DNA from: Epiperipatus broadwayi
Lineage: Eukaryota > Animalia > Onychophora
Assembly (NCBI GenBank): GCA_028023455.1
Contig: JAQFVV010000008.1
Coordinates: 13,764,001 to 13,828,000, forward strand
Direction: 5' to 3'
Length of the DNA stretch: 64,000 bases
Of this stretch, positions 12,545-25,146 are shown in pieces. Made by a program: the position numbers and the translations under genes. Within the stretch, counting starts at the first letter, position 1. Each line of letters begins with the position of its first letter. The notes under the pieces are model-generated. The model saw only the letters and a program-made list of their open reading frames with translations. It searched no databases and was not told where the DNA came from.

Positions 12545-14623
12545 TTTATAACGTTTAGTGAAGTAATAATTTAATTATTAAAAGAAACTGAATTTGCACT
12601 GCTTTTCACACAGAGAATTCTTATCTTGCTATTTACACTGATAATTTGAAAATTCAAACATTCTGTCAACAAGACAGCAACAAAATATTTTAGTAATCTC
12701 AGTTTCAAATTAATTGTATCTACTTTTGTCTTTTGGGGGAAAAACAGAATTAATATACCTCTCCAGTTTGTATTATCAATACTAGTGACATCACTCTTCT
12801 AACTTCAATTAAAAGCTAATTGGCAATCTGATAAAAACATTATTTTCTATTGATTTTGTTCATGATGTTATGTCCTTTGTCAGACCTCATTTCCAGTTAA
12901 CCTTATTATTGCTAAAAATTCCATCATTTTATCAGTCATTTTAAAACAGTCAAAGGAATCATTTGACTGTTATTCCAGCCATTTGTTTATATTTTTTTCC
13001 CATTTCTTCATTAGCAAAATATAAATAGATTGATATCATAAACATTTCTTATCATAAATAAAATCTTTCTTTAGATATGTTCTTTACAAAAAATTATTTT
13101 CCAGACAAAATAGCATACTATTCTTTGATAAGATATCCTTAGAATATGATCATTATTTTAATGACTGAAATTAATATTGTAACTACTAACAGAAGCAGTT
13201 ATTAAGTTGGAATGATTTGACACATCAGTTGTTGTTTTTTTATCCTACTTTCATTTAAACATTTACTTAATATCTCTCATATATAAACAATTATGCATCT
13301 TATTGTTTTTTCTGAGCTTTTGGATAGTCTGGACCACCAGTGCCCAATATAAACAATTTATGCTCATTACTTTACGATCATGATTTAAAAGATCTAATTC
13401 TGTAAGAAATTAAAGAATTAAAAAATTAAACTTTTCTCAAAATCTTAGATAGCAAAATGTTACCATAATTGGTTAAGAGAAGAAATTGATTCTGTAAAGT
13501 TATTAAATTATGGTGGAAATTTCCCAATACAGTAATTGTCGAAAATTTTTGATTATAAAAAAAAGCATAAAAGTAGGTTAGAAAATATATATTTTCTTAT
13601 TAATCAATATTTAAAATTTCATCACAAGATCTTGAAGAAAGGAGATAATGAAATATCTTATTATTCTCAATAGCACTAGCAGAAAAATCAATTTCTTTAT
13701 GATTAACTTTAGATTTAACAAAAAAATGTGGTGGCAACAATGATTTGCAGCTTATAATTTCTCTCTAACAAAATTAAATCAATATTTAATCTAAAATAAA
13801 AATATCTAAAAAACCTAAATTTTATCACAATGTGAAAGTTTGAACAGAAGCAATTATAAAAAAAATCTATAATTATAAAAAAAAAAATGTGAATGTATTT
13901 ACAATTTAATATCTCCCCTGACAATGGATTATGCCTATGGCTGCTAACATTATTGAAGAGATGATCAACCAAAAGTAACTACTGTAAAAATAAACTTTGA
14001 ATAGTAACCAAAGAGATAATATTTGTTTTAGCACTAAATGCAATCTTGTAATAAACTGAAACTATTTATTTCAATAAATGTGCTGACAACAAATAAGCTA
14101 TATATAGCAATTATCGTTCTTGGTGTTGTTGGTCTTTATTTTCACTTACAGTCAATTTCAATTAGCAAAATAACTAAATCAAAGCATATACAACTGAATG
14201 CAAACATCTAGAAGCCAATCACCATCTAATATCATCTAATTATAACTAAAAACTTAAAAATATATATATTTATGCTACAAATCACAATTTCAAAATAAAA
14301 TTTCATAAGATAAAAAAAGTTTTTTTTAATTTCTTTTGATAACACGGTTTTAAGTTTTATTATTAATAATTTTCCAAAAATTAATAATTAACTATTGCCA
14401 AAAATGTCTGGATGCAAATTTTTTTAACAGTAAAAACCTTATAAAAATGAAATGCAAAAGTAAATTAAATTTGAAAAATATTTACCAAACATAAATCTGT
14501 TCTGATTAGAGCAAATCTATATAACACAAATGCATGTAAATAACATATAAAACAAATAGGCATATGTATTTAGAATAATTATATTCCACCTATTACTGTT
14601 AGAGGGATATGATTCATGGTTGT

Positions 14624-15097
14624 TGCTATATATATATAATTGGATTAAAATTATACGGGTTAAAAGATTCAAGAGATCCCTGGGGCAATTGATAACTTTT
14701 GTCTAATAAAAATTTACTTACATTTATAAGTGGACCTTTCTGATTGGAGATAAGCTTTTGCTCTCAGAATATAGAGATTTCATTGGTAAAAAATACTTTA
14801 GAGAACAATAGCCATATAGACAGAAAAACCCCTTCCCAGAAATCGCAAGTCATACTTAAGTTCCACGGTCAGGAAGAAGGAATAATTTACTCGTCAGAGA
14901 AAATAATCTGGAAGGCATATAAGAGCCAACGGAGAAGGCAACAACTTCGGGAGATTTGATATCATAGCGCAGTGCAGCACTAAGATACATAAGGAGCCTC
15001 GATTAAGGCCGGATAATCCCCGCAGTGTTCATACTCCTGATCCGACCCATAGTGTAACTTCTGGACCACCCTCCACGGTGAACTTCAAGACATATCA
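14624..15097 (+). repeat. 5' LTR (474 bp)
   Basis: TGCTATATA...GACATATCA; I count 11 substitutions and no indels versus the 3' LTR (~97.7% identity). Confidence 0.95.
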
Positions 15098-15098
15098 T

Positions 15099-15109
15099 TG
15101 GTGCAGTCG
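15099..15109 (+). promoter_or_regulatory. Primer-binding site, probably tRNA-Ser
   Basis: TGGTGCAGTCG one base after the LTR, resembling the complement of a tRNA-Ser 3' end (TGGCGCAGTCGG...) with one C to T change. Confidence 0.65.
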
Positions 15110-15180
15110 ACAAACCAGTAGGATATTCAGAAATATATAAACATCGGGAAACTAGTAATCCGAAATTCACAAATTCATAA

Positions 15181-16035
15181 GTGACGCCGTTCAAATTAAA
15201 CATGGCGCAGGTAAACGTTGGAGAATTTGACGTGCATAGACAATCAGAATGGCCTCTATATGCAAGCCGCATAGATAAATACCTTTTAATGAATAATATT
15301 GTAAAGGACGAGAGAAAAATTGCCACTCTACTGTATTTTGCGGGTCCAGATGTAATTAAAACAGCAAATCATTTATGTAACCCGAAAAAACCAGAAGAAC
15401 TGAAATATTCAGAACTACAGGACATACTTCAAAAATATTTTGATCCCAAAACAACCAAACATGTAGCACGCCTCCATTTCCAGAATCGTAGGCAAAATAG
15501 AGGCGAAAACATTCGCAAATTCGATATTGCACTACAGGAGTTAGCAAAAGATTGTGTTTTTGGGAATTATTTGGAAGAAGCACTATTGCAGCAATTCTTG
15601 TGGGGCATGTCTGACGGGAGACTCTGAGAGCAGTTATTAACAATTGATGACCTTACATACAAAACAGCGATCAAAACGGGCCTCGCACACGAAGCGGCTA
15701 TGGAGCAATCAAAACAATTCCAGAGTGCAACGGCAGCAGAATGGTGTCAAATAAACCTCGTGGAACTAAACGGAAATGACGAAATGAAGTGTTTCAGGTG
15801 CGGAAAATCCGGACATTTAGCTAAAACGCGTAAACAAATAAACTTCGCGGAAAGAAATGAAAATGATGAAATGAAGTGTTACAGATGCGGAAAATCCAGA
15901 CATTTAACAAAAATGTGTAAATGGAAAAAGAGTAAATGTAGAAATTGCGGGAAAATAAGACACTTAGCGGAATCGTGTAAAAACAACAAGCAAGTGAAAA
16001 TAAAAATACAGAAACCGTTAATAACGATCAAATAA
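15181..16035 (+). pseudogene. gag: gag (capsid plus three CCHC-type zinc knuckles), interrupted by TGA at 15625-15627
   Basis: ORFs 15181-15627 and 15700-16035 are in frame across the stop; knuckles CFRCGKSGHLAKTR, CYRCGKSRHLTKMC and CRNCGKIRHLAESC. Confidence 0.9.
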
Positions 16036-19000
16036 TGTCAGTAAAAATATTTGACCGACCATTTGCCATGGAAACTGACAGCGGTTCCGGAATATCTTTA
16101 ATGGCTTATAGAGATTGGAAAACAATAATGCAATTTCGCAATCGAACCAGTAATCTAGAAAAAACAAATCTGATAGCAAAAGACGTAAATGGGAAACACA
16201 TTGAAATAGTCAGGAAAGTTATTGTTCCGGTACAAACAAATAGCAAAATCACCGATCTCCCGTATTGAAATAGTCAGGAAAGTTATTGTTCCGGTACAAA
16301 CAAATAGCAAAATCACCGATCTCCCGTTATATATCATTCACGGAAAAACAAACCCCATAATTGAAAGAAATTGGTTTAAACCTATGGGCATCAAAATAAC
16401 TATCACAAAAAAAATTATGATTGAAAAGGAAATACGCAATACATTCCCATCATTGTTTAAAAAAGAACTAGGGGAAATTAGAACCAAACCAGTTGAAATA
16501 CAGCTTGGGAAGAATGCAGAGCCTGTGTTGTGTAAACCACGGAGAGTGCCATATGCGCAACGAGAAAAACTAGCCAATGCACTGGAGGAGTTAACAAATA
16601 AAGGGGTACTAACACCTATGGAAAACTCAGAGTGGGCGACACCCATAGTAATCATTACTAAAACAGACGGCAGTATACGTATTTGTGGGGATTACCGGAT
16701 AACAGTTAACCCAGCTTTAAATAAAAGCAATTATCCAGTGCCAAACGTGCGTGAAGTATTAGCCACTCTCGAGGGAGCAACTCACTATGCAAAATTAGAC
16801 CTTAATGCTGCATTTCACCAAATACCAGTAACAGGAAAGTCAGCAGAGATCTTAACACTGACTACACCTTTTGGTCTATTTAAATACAACCATTTGCCTT
16901 TTGGAATTACCACCGCACCAAATATTTTCCAATCAAACATAGACCAACTACTCTGAGGAATAAATGGTGTGATACCTTACTTCCATGATATATTAATAAT
17001 GGCAAATTCAGAGACAGAACTCCAGAGCAAGGTTCATGAAGTTTGTGAAAAGCTAGCAAAATCAAGAGCCAGACTAAATGAAGAAAAATGTATCTGGAAT
17101 ACTCCAGAAATTAAATTTCTAGTACATATAATATCCAATAATGGTAAAAAACCAATGCCTGAAAAGATACGGGCTATTAAAAATGCAAAAACACCTCGGA
17201 ATGTCAAGGAATTACAATCTTTCCTGGGCCTTATTGGATATTTTGAATGTTTTCTTAAAGGGAAAGCCCACATTGCCAGTAAGTTATATGAGTTATTAGA
17301 GAAAAACCGGAAGTGGAGCTGGGATAGAATACATGAAGATGCATTCAAGAAGACAAAAAGCTTGCTAACATCAGATGACCTACTCATAAACTACAATAAC
17401 AATGAACAGGTAATATTAACCACTGATGCATCAGAATATGGAGTAGGAGCAGTAATAAGCCACCCCACAGATGAAGGTGAACGACCCATAGCTTATGCTT
17501 CAAGAACATTATCAAGGTCTGAACGGAGCTATAGTCAACTAGATAAAGAAGCCTTGGCAATCATTTTTGGGATAAAAAAGTTCCACCAATATCTATATGG
17601 AAGGCATTTTACAGCAACCACTGACCACAAACCATTACTGGGAATATTTTCGAGGTCAAAACAATTACCCGATCACTTAAGCCCATGCATGCTGCGTTGG
17701 ATTGAAATATTATCTGCATATGATTATTCCCTTGAATACAGGAGAGGCAGCTTTATAACACATGCTGACGCACTGTCCCAAATACCAGATAATAATGGAA
17801 AAACAATAGGACAAGTCTCTATAAACTACATAGATACATGGGAATCAAATGTGTTGAATAGCGAGTTAGTAGTAAAATGGACTAAATTAGACGATGGGTA
17901 TAGACTAGTATGGAATTGGATATGTAATGGCTGGCCAATTAAACGACCCAACAATCTCCCAGTGGCATTCTGGAAAGCATGAGACCAACTGTCAATAAAT
18001 AATGCATACTGATAGGCAATCGAGTAATCATACCAGTTCAAGGTCGCCCAGCAGTCCTATGTTTGATTCATGATGGACATCCTGGAACTGTAAGAGCCAA
18101 AGCTTTGGCACATTCCTATGTATGGTGGCCAGGTATAGATAAAGACATCGAAAACACTGTAAAGGCATGTACAAACTGCCAGTCAACTGCAAATCAGAAA
18201 CCGCGAACATATACATCATGGCCAACTGCAACTAAACCATGGGAGCAGGTCCACATGGACCATGCAGGGCCTTTCAGAGGAAACCTATTCTTGGTTATAA
18301 TAGATGCATATTCTAACTGGGTAGAATATAGACTAGTTAGGAATACAGAGTCTAATGAAACAATATCAACTCTTAAAGAAATTTTTGCTTTCCATGGAAT
18401 ACCAGAAAGCCTGGTAACAGATAATGGTTCTGGTTTTACCTCAGACCAATTTAAAGATTTTACAAGGGAATGGGGTATCAAACACATTTACACTCCACCC
18501 TACCACCCAGAGTCAAATGGACTGGCTGAAAAAGCCGTACACCAGTTACAGCAAGCCCTTAACAAATCAGAATCTCAACAAACCCATGAAGTTCTTCAGT
18601 TAGCAATGCTTTACCAACATTCCACACCCATAGCATCGACTGGGATTTCACCAGCTGAAAGGTTACTAGGCCGGAAACTAAGAACCAAACTATCACTACT
18701 ACACCCACAACATGAATCCATTGAAACTATGACAGAGGAATGCAATGAATTTATGGTGGGTCAAAGCATTTGGGTTAGAGATTCCCAAAAAAAAAAGTGG
18801 ACACCAGGTGTGATCTTGAAAATACTTTCAAACAAAATTGTACTCATAGAATCAGAAACGGGCACACAATTCTGTCGCCACACAAACCACATTAAGAAGC
18901 GAGTAACAAACAAGTCACCCCCCTACACAGGACTAAATCATGAAATTATAGAAGAAAAGGGAGCTGACCAAATGGCTGAAGAAATAACCACACATGAGAG

Positions 19001-19076
19001 TAATCTTAAACCAGGGAAAGATAAACCTCAAAGAGTGTGGAAGCCTCCTGTCTACCTTAAAGATTACTTGTGTTAA
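16035..19076 (+). pseudogene. pol: pol (protease, RT, RNase H, integrase), disrupted by a 64-bp duplication, stops at 16954 and 17980, and a 1-nt deletion near 18004
   Basis: PR FAMETDSGSGISLM; RT WATPIV..K.DGSIRICGDYR, LPFGITTAP and YFHD (16978-16989, catalytic YxDD altered); RH TTDASEYGVGAV...TDHKPL; IN HDGHPG...CTNC, HMDHAG, TDNGSGF, GLAEKAV. Confidence 0.95.
16200..16327. repeat. Perfect 64-bp tandem duplication that frameshifts pol
   Basis: ATTGAAATAGTCAGG...CGATCTCCCGT at 16200-16263 and 16264-16327; 64 is not a multiple of 3. Confidence 0.95.
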
Positions 19077-19120
19077 AAAAAAAAAAGACAAAAAGGAGGG
19101 GAACTGTGGTTCTCTAAAGT

Positions 19121-19132
19121 AAAGGGGAGGAG
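19121..19132 (+). promoter_or_regulatory. Polypurine tract adjacent to the 3' LTR
   Basis: AAAGGGGAGGAG immediately before TGCTATA at 19133. Confidence 0.85.
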
Positions 19133-19606
19133 TGCTATATATATATAATTGGATTAAAATTATACGGGTTAAAAGATTCAAGAGATCCCTGGGGCAATTG
19201 ATAACTTTTGTCTAATAAGAATTTACTTACATTTATAAGTGGACCTTTCTGATTGGAGATAAGCTTTTGCTCTCAGAATGTAGAGATTTCATTGGTAAAA
19301 AAAACTTTAGAGAACAATAGCCATATAGAGAGAAAAACCCCTTCCCAGAAATCGCCAGTCATACTTAAGTTCCATGGTCAGGAAGAAGGAATAATTTACT
19401 CGTCGGAGAAAATAATCTGGAAGGCATATAAGAGCCAACGGAGAAGGCAACAACTTCGGGAGATTTGATATCATAGCGCAGTGCAGCACTAAGATACATA
19501 GGGAGCCTCGATTAAGGCCGGATAATCCCTGCAGTGTTCATACTCCTGATCCGACCCATAGTGTAACTTCTGGACCACCCTCCATGGCGAACTTCAAGAC
19601 ATATCA
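19133..19606 (+). repeat. 3' LTR (474 bp)
   Basis: Near-identical to 14624-15097. Confidence 0.95.
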
Positions 19607-22600
19607 ATTGTAGGGTGAACTATGTAAAGAAGGGACTTCAAATGCTCTTATAAATTTCCTACTACTTCCAGTTGTTCTGTTACAGGAGTTTCCCAAAGTG
19701 GATGGTACTACCCCCCAGTGGGGAGTGAAGACTTCTAGGGGAGTGATAGTGGGTTCAAAAGTATTTTGGAGGCATTCAGGTAGTCTAGCCTTTTCTCCAG
19801 ATGCACCTATCATCAGCTTTAACTTGCTCTCAAACAGCTAATTTTTACATTATTTTGCCAATTTTATGGTTATTTTATAAATTGTTTATGTGCAAGAATA
19901 TATATATATAAAGGGATAGCTAGAGTAATTGTAAATGTTTTTGCACATTTTTGGTTGTTTTTTTTTTTCTCTACTAACAAGTTAAAAGGAATGCAGGTTA
20001 TTATTGTATGGCTAATTTTAAGTTTTACTAATAGATAGAAGTGGTCATCCTGTGCATTATATTTTTTGTTAAAAAAAAATAAAGTAATTTAAGGCCAATA
20101 TCAGCTGAGATAATCTAAAAATTTGTCATATCTCAGATTTGTTTTTCTTTTGTTTTGTTTTGAATCTTTTGTAAAGATGGAAAAAGCTATTTCCATTGTA
20201 TTAAAATTAGAAACTATATGTAAAACGGAACTCCTTGAGGAATTAAAAGAGTGTGAGTGGAAAATGAAAGAAGTGAAAGATAAAAATGTGTAAAAAGCTA
20301 TATCAATTGTGTTATGATCAATTATCCAAGAAATTGAAGATAATGGCTGTAATAGTGAAAGAGGGGTACTCAATTTATATTGTTATAGGAGTGCTACAAA
20401 AGGATTTCAGCAGGTGATGGGGGAGGTGGGGGCTCTTCTGAGTTTATTGTTTTCCTTGCTATGTTTTGTCTACTGGGTGGTTAAGGAATTGCCGAACTAA
20501 GAGAAATATTCTAGTTATAAAGCAGTGGAGAACTTTATGAAAGATGGCAGAGCTGAGCCTAGCTTCAAATTATAGTCTGTCCAGAATTGCATGATCAACC
20601 CTTGGTTGGCTGCTGTCTTTATTATAAAGATTTCTAGAGAAAGCTAAGAAATATAAAAATGCCTAAATTTTATCATTAAAATGCTAATGAAGTAAACTCC
20701 CAATGTTAGTGCACCAGCCAGATTCCTATATTGCTGTCATGTAGCTACAGATGCTAGCTGATGATGATGAACACCTTAATGTCTATGTTTTGCTGTGAAG
20801 AAGAGAAGCCCTCGCCGCCTTGTTGTCATGTTTTATAGCACACTTAAAAGTTACTAAATCTGGAAATGGTTAATGGAAAGAAACCAAAAGGAAGCCAGAT
20901 GATATAATTTTTTTAATTTTTATTTACTATCATTATGTCTTTTGCTATAAATTTTATTGCATTTTTTTTATTATTTGTATTTTTATTTTGTTTCTCTATA
21001 AACTATTATTTGATTTTCCTACTTTAAAACAGTTCTACCAAATTAATTTCTGCAATGCTTGTGTGTAAGCCGTGGCGTAGTGAAACAGTAAGATTTGTTT
21101 CACCTTTCTCACTTCTTTCCTACCCTCATACCCTATTTTAAACTCCAACGTATCATAGTGTGTCTGTACTGCGTTTATATGCTGAAATCCTGTCTAATTT
21201 AGATGAGTATAATGCTAGTGTGATATATATAGTTTCAGAATCCCTACATTAATGATTTATAAATTGTGAGTATGTACATGTATACATATTCATTTTAAAA
21301 AGTAGGTCATATAAGTTGTATTTACACACATACTGCGATAATATATTTTAAAACTTACGTAAAAATAATATTTTGTTGTTTAAAGTTATTTTGTTTAAAT
21401 CTATTTATTTCAAAAATATTACATTCACAATATTTGCTTTCATTTAATATAAAATAATATTCAACTTTTAAATAGATTTAAACATTTAGAATTTCAAAAT
21501 AAATAATTTTTATTATTTTAGATTTTTATGTACAAATTTTATGTAGAAAGTAAATGAGGATTGGGAAGAGAACAATCGGCTTAATTAATAAGATTTTTTA
21601 CAATAAATTAGTGGCTTAAATATTTGGCCATCAAGATAAACAACAGATGTCCACTCTGGTATTTTTTAATTAAAATATTTTTAAAACAAAAGTAAAGTTT
21701 TAATCCGAATATCTTAAAAGTAAAATTAATTATAAAACCCCATTGTATTAGATATTCAGATAAGTTGCAGTATTTGTTTTGGCATTTATTTTTGGAAATG
21801 ATTGTTAGCCACGGGGCAGTGCTATTGTATACTTCTCTGATATATAGAGCTGAATTTATTATTTAGTTAGTTAGTGGTCATATTATTGTCAAGATATAGT
21901 TTACTGATTTTAGTTAGTGGCCAGTGGCCATATTTTAAGAAGTTTATTTTATTAAAGCTGAAGTTTGCTGATATATTTTTAATTTATTACAAAAAACTAA
22001 AGCCAGCTCTATATCACTGGAGAATTATACTTATTAGCCTTTGCCAAGTGAAAGTAGAATATCTGGGTAAAGGTCAGCAGGATAGCTCTCTTCCTTCTCG
22101 GGAATGGCCATCCTCTGGCACGTCATATCATCAAATGCCCTATACTTAAAGAAGACCTACTGTAAACTGTCACTGCTGCTGAAAATATAACTTAGTTTGA
22201 TCATGGACCAAAAAAGCTGCCATAAACACCCAAGTAAATGCTGCTGCCATCAAATCAAGTAAGATAAAGTCTCCAAGTCAAGTTAATCTAAGACAAAATG
22301 CGTCCATTGAATACCCCACTTTTCATATGAGGTAAAATTAATTAACCCAAGAGCTCTTGAGATATATTTCCCTCTCATAAAGCTATAGCTAAATTTTAAA
22401 TGTATTTCATACCATAAAACTATCTAATTTTCTATAATCTTTGTAATCTAACTTGTGTTCTTTTCTCTCTATACTTTGGTTAATATTTTAAATTTTGCTA
22501 ATATGTTTTAATGTTCTTTCATTATGATAATGTGCCTGGATAGTCATCGAATGAGTGAATCACTTCTTTTCCCTTTCTGAATTAGTATGCTGCCATATTA

Positions 22601-24683
22601 GTGCGGGTTAATTGTAAAACTGGCCCTTTATTAAATGTCTTGTAAAATTGCTCATTCGAAGGCTACTTTATTTTGTGTTTTATAATCATTTAAATAACTA
22701 TGACTTTTCAGAAAGGGTTTATTTATATATATATAATGCTAGGATTTATGCAAAGTTAATAAGTGAACTATATAATATAGAGAAATGCATGATTATGTAT
22801 AATCTCATGAATCCTTGTTTAATCATACATTCCCACTCCATTTTTCTTAAATATTATAATTTCTTTTATTGTAATTTTACTTAATGTTAAGAACTGTCAA
22901 ATTTGAGGTCGAAAATGTGCGGACTTTCTTAAAATTATTAGGAATTGATTAAGCGCCTTTGCTCAACTAAAGTCAGCCCAGTTATATAATTTTATGTAAA
23001 TTATTTGTGTATTGCCAATGTAGGTGTTGGGTGTTTGAGGCCTGCTTTGATTTCTCAAAGTAAAAATGGCTGAGACCGTTCCCTTTCCTTGTGGTTCCCA
23101 GATACCTGGTAATTTTATGCATGACTCACTCAGTCATGGAGTTACATGGTAGGATGCCAGGCTCGGGCTGATTTGTGGCAAAACCTTTCATGGACTTATG
23201 ACAAAATGCCATGCAATCAGCTTTCATTTTATTTTATCATTTTATTTTACATAGCAACGCAGTTACAATATACCGCACTCCATCCTGTACATTAAACTTT
23301 CACTGGTACCACCGATCTATTTTAAGGTAGTTTCAATTTCATTAAATTGCCCGCGTCTTAATCACTTCCTTACCTTATTGCCCAGCGAGCTTTCGTGCAC
23401 ACTATTCTTGAAGTCAATATATGTTCTTGTGTCAAATATTAAATATAGAAATCCAATTAAGCAAACACTTATTAATAGGCCTCGTATGTCTTTGAAATCA
23501 ATCTTTCCCAACTGTACTTTTGTTAAGCACATTATTATAATATTATATTGCATTAACCCGAGGTATAGAGAATATATGATATTAACAAGCCATTATTGTA
23601 AACGTAAATGGTACTTCATTTAAATTTATTTTTCTTTATGATTAAATGGCACGGTCTGTCTTATACAGACAATGCCCATATTTATAATGTTAAATAACCA
23701 CATTAAATTTTAATCATTTTGATGTTATTTTCTGCGATCCACACCATTACCTTGGTCTATATCACATTATATATATATATATTGTACCATCCCTAGATGT
23801 TAGTTAGCAAACCTAATGATATATTTTAATATAGAGTCTCTTGCTTCTCCCTGACTACTGGCACCGGCAAGAAACTATGCTATTGTAGCATCAGATGTGT
23901 TGTCACATAGGTGGTGCTGTAAAGCATAAACTTTGGACTCAAACTAGGGATTTCTGGGAGGTAACCCCTCCTAGAGTGTTGAGTTTCATGTCTGGGGTTT
24001 GAATTCTGCAGTGTGTTAATGAGGCATATGAATCTGACCATTACAGTAGATATATATATATTTGTTTGTTGTTGTTGTTTGCTTTTAACACACTGTTCTA
24101 TTTGAGAAAAGAGAAATTTACTTTGCGCAAAATTATTATTATTTTTGTAATCTCTGTATGTGATTATTGAAAATTTATCGTCATGCTGAGTCGGTTATTT
24201 TTTTGTTTTGTTGGCAGTGGTATTTCCTTTTCAAAGTATTTTTCTCTTCTCAAAAGTGGCACATAAAGGTGAGGTTTAGGTTCAACCTTTCAAAGATATA
24301 CTGTCTAAAACTTTGTGGTACCAATTAGCAAGGTAATAGAGTTTTGGATGGGGAGACATCAGGAAATATAATCGATTTTGGTTTGATTTCACTCATTTAA
24401 ACTTAAAATTTAATAACTCTAAATTATTTTTTTTCTTCTTGTTATTGATATTGAGTTTATGTTAATGCCTTACTCTGATATGTGACAGTGATATCATGTT
24501 ACATCTTGTGTGCATCGTATGAATTACAGGGTAGGCACCATCTGGTACAGTATCATTAGTTGCTATTTACATCAAAAATATTAAACAGATTGAATGTGGA
24601 AAACTGTTATATTTAGGGAGGGGGGTTACAAAATTTATGTCCTGCAAAGGGGGCAGTGACCTGAAAAAGTTTGATAACCTATA

Positions 24684-25146
24684 TGTTACAGCCTGTCTCA
24701 TGAATAAGTCCAGTGACACTTCCAGCTGTATTATGACAGCTTGTCTTGTGCTAATATTTGGCTCTAGCAGCTTCCAGTCATGAACATGAATTTGCCTTGC
24801 TGCATCAACCATTTAGCTTTGATAGCTATTGTCTGGAGAATGGAGATTCTGCCTTTCAGCTTTGTGACAGTAGCTCCCTGCAAAACATTTATGGAGAATA
24901 TGTACTCTGTCTTTCAGCTTTGTGACAATTCTTTGACTTCAAAAAGCTTGACTATTTATTGCCACATCCCCATACCTAATGAAAACATTCAGATTCAGTG
25001 AAAATCATCTATTGGCCTGTTCTTGCCATTGACTATGTGTTATCTATCTGCGTATGCATAGGTTCATATTGATGAATGCTCAATCCAATCTAGATAACAT
25101 GAAATCTGGACTAGTCCATTATTTGAAGGCAATTTGAAATATGACA
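24684..25146 (-). repeat. 3' LTR (463 bp) of the deleted gypsy element
   Basis: Starts TG right after the PPT, ends ...TGTAACA, contains AATAAA; no partner LTR found in the window. Confidence 0.6.

Larger units (their letters stand above)
14624..19606 (+). mobile_element. Full-length Ty3/gypsy LTR retrotransposon, Mag/K02A2.6-like; recently inserted but inactivated
   Basis: Two 474-bp TG...CA LTRs, PBS, gag with CCHC knuckles, PR-RT-RH-IN order, PPT, and a 5-bp TSD GTTGT (14619-14623) / ATTGT (19607-19611) with one mismatch. Confidence 0.97.

Noticed and set aside
14744-19468. 71-aa ORFs at 14744 and 19253
   Set aside because: Both lie inside the LTRs, start at TTG and show no protein motif.
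14597-19836. Possible ~250-bp older solo LTR (TGTTAGAG...CTCAAACA) interrupted by the Mag element
   Set aside because: TG/CA ends are present but there is no TSD and no second copy in the window, so it cannot be supported.
24600-24683. hAT/Charlie-like end (AAAAAGTTTGATAACC)
   Set aside because: The terminus is degenerate, abuts a gypsy LTR and has no partner end.
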